Shown: in pieces, positions 60,201 through 64,000 of the stretch
Layout of the letters: every line of letters starts with the position of its first letter
How positions within the stretch are numbered: the first letter of the stretch is position 1
NCBI GenBank assembly: GCA_036918135.1
Contig: JBALDB010000007.1
Span: 64,001-128,000, forward strand
DNA from: Nostoc sp.
Lineage (GTDB): Bacteria > Cyanobacteriota > Cyanobacteriia > Cyanobacteriales > Nostocaceae
Direction of reading: 5' to 3'
DNA length: 64,000 nucleotides
Position numbers and translations under genes: made by a program
The notes under the pieces: generated by a model
What the model saw: only the letters and a program-made list of their open reading frames with translations
The model's database searches: none
What the model was told of the DNA's origin: nothing

Positions 60201-62037
60201 TTGGCTGGTGTTTGCTGATGATTGCGGTTTAGCTGCCCAACTCGTAAAACGATTAGAGCAGGACAATCAAGATGTGATTACTGTAAAGGTAGGTTCGGCG
60301 TTTACTCAGCAGGGCGATAGTGTATATACCCTCAATCCTCAACAACCAGAAGATTATGATGCTTTAATTTGTCGGATTTTAGCTCAAGAAAAGATTCCAA
60401 AAACAATTGTTCATTTGTGGAGTGTTACAAACAATGATTCAAAAAGATTGGGACTTGAGGAAGTTGACACCCAAGATTTAGGGCTATATAGCCTGATCTT
60501 TCTAGCGCAGGCATTGGGAAAAAATAGCGTTAACGATCGGATTCAACTTACAGTTGTCTCAAATAATCTGCAAGCTGTCACCACACAAGAGGCACTATGT
60601 CCACAAAAAGCAACTTTAATCGGAGCTGTTAAAGTAATTCCGCAAGAATACTTGAATTTCATCTGCCGTAGTATTGATATTGTTGTTCCCGAATCAGGAA
60701 GTCCTCGTGAATGCGAGCTTATAGAGCGTTTATTAACCGAAGCTCAAGCAGAATCATCTGAGGCAGTTGTCGCTTATCGTGGTTCTCATCGCTGGGTACA
60801 AACAGTTGAGCCAGTCCGACTAAATAAGTCCAGCAAAGCAAAATTTCGGTTGAAGGAAGGAGGAGTATATTTAATTACAGGTGGTCTGGGAGGCGCTGGA
60901 TTTACGCTAGCAGAACATTTAGCAAAGACTGTACAAGCTAAATTAATTTTGTTAGGTCGTTCAGTTCCAGTATCAGATGAGTGGGTTGAATGGCTTGCTA
61001 CTCATGGTGAAGATAATGATATCAGTCGCAAGATTCGGAAAGTTCAAAAACTCGAACAGTTTGGAGCGGAGGTTTTAGTTGTCAGCGCTGATGTCGCTAA
61101 TGAAGAACAAATGCAAACAGCGATCGCCAAAGCTCAAGAGCGGTTTGGACAGATAAATGGTGTTATCCATACCGCAGGACTTGCTGATTATGCAGGTGTG
61201 ATTCAAAGAAGAACAAAAGAGATGACAGAAAGCATTTTGGCACCAAAGCTCAGAGGTACATTAATAATCGATAAACTTTTAGGACATACTAATCTAGATT
61301 TTTTCATTCTTTTCTCATCTTTAAGTACCACTTTATATAAAACAAAATTTGGTCAGGTAGGCTATAGCGCTGGTAATGAATTTTTAGACGCATTTTCTTA
61401 CTATAAAGCCTCTCAAAACACCACATTTACAGTTAGTATTAACTGGGATGATTGGCAAGAAGTTGGGATGGCAGTAGAGGCATTAAAACAGGCTGTTGAA
61501 AGGAACTACGGTATTCTTGAAGAACAATACCTCGAAAATGCGTTGCTCCCATCAGAGGGCGTAGATGTATTCATGCGTGTTTTGGAAAATATCTGTCCTC
61601 GAATTGTAGTGTCAACTGAAGACTTAAAGGTTAAGCTGGAATTACATAATTCCTTATCAGCAATTGATTTTGAAACTTTAGGAAAAGTCGATTTATCTCA
61701 AACGGTATACCCACGACCTAATTTAAATAATGCCTATGTTGCTCCTGGCAATCGGATGCAACAAACTATTGCTGATATTTGGCAACAATTGCTTGGGATT
61801 GAACAAATAGGCATTTACGATAACTTCTTTGAATTAGGAGGACATTCATTACTAGGCACTCAAGTCATTTCTCGGATACGCGAAGCCCTCCAAGTAGAAC
61901 TGTCCTTGCACAACTTATTTGAAAAAACAACTATAGCTGGTTTGGCTGCACTAGTAGAGAAAAATTATTTAACTATTCAAAAATTGCAAGCTACTACTAG
62001 TGATATTTTGGGCGAGCGAGAGGAGATAGAAGTATGA
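57292..62037 (+). CDS. Type I PKS module KS-AT-KR-ACP (NRPS-following KS)
   Basis: GNDKDY..TRVSYKLNL and NTACSTS (hybrid KS), GYSIG/HAFH (AT), TGGLGGAG and GYSAGN (KR), GGHSL (ACP); overlaps the upstream gene by 8 bp. Confidence 0.95.
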   Translation: MSNWETQDSLEPIAIIGMTGRFPGANNIEKFWQNLVNGVESITFFTDEELIASGVDPALVSSSNYVKAKGVLEDIEMFDALFFGFTPKEAELMDPQHRLFLECAWEALENAGYDSEAYDGRIGVYAGAGLNVYLIRNLASNPNQVESVGDLQISIGNDKDYVPTRVSYKLNLTGPSVNVNTACSTSLVAVQMACQSLLNYQCDMALAGGVSIYVPQKEGYLYHEGGIASPDGHCRAFDARAQGSIDGNGVGIVVLKRLEDALADSDYIYAVIRGSAINNDGSLKVGYTAPSQTGQAAVISEALSIAGIEAQDITYVETHGTGTPLGDPIEIAALTQAFRRSTQKKDFCAIGSVKTNIGHLDAAAGVTGIIKTALALKHKLLPPSLNFKEPSPNIDFANSPFYVNTTLSEWKTNGTPRRAGVSSFGIGGTNVHVVLEEAPVEQTRMTSAESRPWQLLVLSAKTSSALETATKNLVSYLQQHPDINFADVAHTLQVGRRTFNHRKTVVCRDREDAIVALQDPKRVLTTNQEIQQRSVAFMFSGLGTHYVNMAWELYQLEPTFQEQVDRCCQLLKPHIGLDLRNVLYPHKQKVDTDFPEHKSSSTGLDLRKMLARGERQADVETLRATSLLNQTFLTQPAIFVIEYALAKLWISWGIYPKTMIGYSIGEYVAATLAEVLSLEEALTLVAKRAQMIQELPGGAMLAVPLSEKDVQPLLSEELSLSAINGLSACVIAGSVDAVEKLEQQLTKKGLACRRLETSHAFHSQMMEAIAPAFCELVKTFNLQPPKIPYLSNVTGTWITDEQATDPSYWVQHLCQAVRFADGVQQLWKKHQPILLEVGPGQTLSSLALQCIKSENATNQTVLPSLKHSYEQQPDLAFLLNTLGRLTLAGVQIDWSGFYAHEQPRRLPLPTYPFERQRYWIEAQQQLDDAHRYRALLGKKPDAADWFYLPFWKPSVPPVICERENLIEESTWLVFADDCGLAAQLVKRLEQDNQDVITVKVGSAFTQQGDSVYTLNPQQPEDYDALICRILAQEKIPKTIVHLWSVTNNDSKRLGLEEVDTQDLGLYSLIFLAQALGKNSVNDRIQLTVVSNNLQAVTTQEALCPQKATLIGAVKVIPQEYLNFICRSIDIVVPESGSPRECELIERLLTEAQAESSEAVVAYRGSHRWVQTVEPVRLNKSSKAKFRLKEGGVYLITGGLGGAGFTLAEHLAKTVQAKLILLGRSVPVSDEWVEWLATHGEDNDISRKIRKVQKLEQFGAEVLVVSADVANEEQMQTAIAKAQERFGQINGVIHTAGLADYAGVIQRRTKEMTESILAPKLRGTLIIDKLLGHTNLDFFILFSSLSTTLYKTKFGQVGYSAGNEFLDAFSYYKASQNTTFTVSINWDDWQEVGMAVEALKQAVERNYGILEEQYLENALLPSEGVDVFMRVLENICPRIVVSTEDLKVKLELHNSLSAIDFETLGKVDLSQTVYPRPNLNNAYVAPGNRMQQTIADIWQQLLGIEQIGIYDNFFELGGHSLLGTQVISRIREALQVELSLHNLFEKTTIAGLAALVEKNYLTIQKLQATTSDILGEREEIEV

Positions 62038-63212
62038 ATATTCAAGAGTTTTTGTCATATCTTCGCAACCTAGACGTTAAGCTTTGGGTCGATAGCGTAA
62101 CCACATCAACCCCAGAGGCTCGCCTGCGCTGTAATGCCCCTAAAGGAACACTCACACCAGATTTGCGTGCTGAACTAACTCAGCGCAAAGCTGAAATTAT
62201 TCAGTTTTTGTTTGAAGAAAATAGGCTGAAGGAGGTTAGAAATACGATTAAAGAAAGCTTGATAAATATATGTTTTTTATGTGGCGATCGCAATCTTCCC
62301 TTAGTTATTTCACCTACAATAGATAAAGTCAATTTAGTTATTTGGGCTGAGAAAAATCAAGATTTAATTCAGAACAATTTACTGAATTATGGAGCCATAC
62401 TTTTTAGAAATTTTAATGTAAGTGGAGTAGAAGAGTTTGAGCAGTTTATTAAAGTAACTTCTCAAGGAGAACTGTTAGATTACACCTATCGCTCAACACC
62501 ACGTACTCAAGTAAGCGGAAAAATCTACACATCGACTGAATACCCTGCCGATCAATCAATTCCTCTTCATAATGAGAATGCTTATTCCTGTGTCTGGCCA
62601 ATGAAAATCGGGTTTTTCTGTGTTGAAACCGCCGAACAAGGCGGAGAAACACCAATCGCCGACAGTCGGAAGGTTTTTCAGAGTTTGGATAGTACCATCA
62701 AAGACCAATTCATCCAGAAGAAGGTGATGTATGTCCGTAACTATGGCGAACTAGATTTGTCTTGGCAAAATGTTTTTCAGACGACAAATAAATTGGAGGT
62801 AGAAAATTATTGTCGTCAGTCAGGTATTGAATTTGAATGGAGTAGCAATCATTTAAGAACTCGCCAAGTTTGCCAAGCTGTTGCCAAACATCCCTCTACA
62901 AAAGAGATGGTGTGGTTTAACCAAGCTCATTTGTTTCACGTTTCAAGTTTTAAACCAGAAATACGTGAAGCATTACTTTCATTTTATAAAGAGGATGAAC
63001 TTCCTCGGAATGCCTATTACGGTGATGGTTCGCCAATTGAAAGCTCTGTATTAGATGAAATTCGTGAGATATATCAGCAGGAAACGGTTACTTTCTCATG
63101 GCAGGAGGGAGATATATTGCTGCTGGACAATATGTTAGCTGCACATGGACGTATGCCATTTGTAGGTAAAAGAAAGATTGTAGTAGGTATGGCAGAACCT
63201 AGCAAATTTTGA
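62034..63212 (+). CDS. TauD/SyrP-like Fe(II)/2-oxoglutarate dioxygenase with an N-terminal TubC-type docking domain
   Basis: LRCNAPKGTLTPDLRAELTQRKAEII (docking domain), YTSTEYP, HNE, WFNQAHLFH, DNMLAAHGR; ATGA overlap with the PKS. Confidence 0.92.
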   Translation: MNIQEFLSYLRNLDVKLWVDSVTTSTPEARLRCNAPKGTLTPDLRAELTQRKAEIIQFLFEENRLKEVRNTIKESLINICFLCGDRNLPLVISPTIDKVNLVIWAEKNQDLIQNNLLNYGAILFRNFNVSGVEEFEQFIKVTSQGELLDYTYRSTPRTQVSGKIYTSTEYPADQSIPLHNENAYSCVWPMKIGFFCVETAEQGGETPIADSRKVFQSLDSTIKDQFIQKKVMYVRNYGELDLSWQNVFQTTNKLEVENYCRQSGIEFEWSSNHLRTRQVCQAVAKHPSTKEMVWFNQAHLFHVSSFKPEIREALLSFYKEDELPRNAYYGDGSPIESSVLDEIREIYQQETVTFSWQEGDILLLDNMLAAHGRMPFVGKRKIVVGMAEPSKF

Positions 63213-63233
63213 GTTGGTCGTTGATAATTTATT

Positions 63234-64000
63234 ATGAAAAGTATTGACGAATTTTTATCCTATCTTAGCGACTTAGACATCAAGCTTTCGGTCGATGGAG
63301 AGAGCCTACGCTGTAATGCTCCTAAAGGAACACTAACATTAGATATACGTACTCAACTAGCTGAACGCAAAGCCGAAATTATTGCGTTTTTGCATAAAGC
63401 TAATTTCACCTCTTCCACTTTTGAACTCATTCGACCGATTCCCAGAGATACTGACCTTCCTCTTTCCTTTGGACAACAAAGATTGTGGTTTATCGACCAG
63501 CTAGAAGGGGCAAATGCTACCTACAATGAATTTTTCGCTCTCAACATGAAGGGTTCGCTGCAATTGACATGTCTGGAGCAAAGCTTGACCGAAATTGTAC
63601 GGCGGCACGAAGTTTTGCGTACTACCTTCCCAGTAGTGAACGGTTATCCGGTACAGGCGATCGCTCAACCTACTACCGTGACTCTTCCAGTAATTGATTT
63701 GCAGGATTTACCAGAATTTGAGCAGTCAGTTGTTGTCCAAAGATTGGCTACTCAAGAAGCTCAACGTCCTTTCAATCTAACCACCGGGCCATTGCTGCGA
63801 TTGACGCTGCTACAACTAAATGAAGCAGAATATGTGCTGCTAGTGAATCTACATCATATTGTGACTGATGGTTGGTCTATTGGAGTGCTAATTCAAGAGC
63901 TGGGCGTACTGTATAGGAATGCGATCGCTGACGTTTCTACAACCCTGCCAGAACTAGGTATCCAATACGCCGATTTTGCTGTATGGCAGCGCCAGTGGTT
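63234..64000 (+). CDS. NRPS (TubC-type docking domain + LCL-type condensation domain), truncated by the window edge
   Basis: Hand translation: MKSIDEFLSYLSDLDIKLSVDGESLRCNAPKG...LSFGQQRLWFIDQL...RHEVLRTTF...HHIVTDGWS...QYADFAVWQRQW. Confidence 0.93.
   Translation, partial: MKSIDEFLSYLSDLDIKLSVDGESLRCNAPKGTLTLDIRTQLAERKAEIIAFLHKANFTSSTFELIRPIPRDTDLPLSFGQQRLWFIDQLEGANATYNEFFALNMKGSLQLTCLEQSLTEIVRRHEVLRTTFPVVNGYPVQAIAQPTTVTLPVIDLQDLPEFEQSVVVQRLATQEAQRPFNLTTGPLLRLTLLQLNEAEYVLLVNLHHIVTDGWSIGVLIQELGVLYRNAIADVSTTLPELGIQYADFAVWQRQW

Noticed and set aside
1..64000. Frequent GCGATCGC octamers
   Set aside because: HIP1 is a normal genome-wide cyanobacterial feature; used only as a taxonomic clue.

Overview
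Chromosomal segment from a filamentous, probably heterocystous cyanobacterium (Nostoc-like), judged from abundant HIP1 GCGATCGC sites, STRR/SDR/MITE-type repeats, xisH/xisI remnants and a sigE-GNAT-petJ block next to priA. Left to right: an FHA/PAS signalling gene cut by the window edge; a TpsB (ShlB/FhaC) transporter; a decayed molybdenum-related patch (Mop/TOBE remnant, modD, secreted molybdopterin-oxidoreductase-like protein); rpiB; several pseudogenes; tRNA-Gln; an AT-rich polysaccharide cassette (WecB/TagA glycosyltransferase, pyruvyltransferase-family gene, divergent MurB paralogue); a TonB-dependent receptor behind petJ; sigE; priA; two large DUF4347/Calx-beta adhesins and two RTX proteins; a P450; an orphan DUF4157 protein; a DhaM-HPr-EI PTS fusion; and the start of a hybrid PKS-NRPS cluster running off the right edge. 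Best leads: (1) the pyruvyltransferase + MurB-paralogue pair as a candidate lactyl-ether (nosturonic-acid type) EPS pathway; (2) an ~89-bp inverted repeat pair between an RTX gene and the PKS-NRPS cluster; (3) the cluster itself, with a docking-domain-recruited dioxygenase; (4) a 19-bp motif shared upstream of petJ and the TonB receptor. All calls come from reading motifs by eye; no database searches were run.
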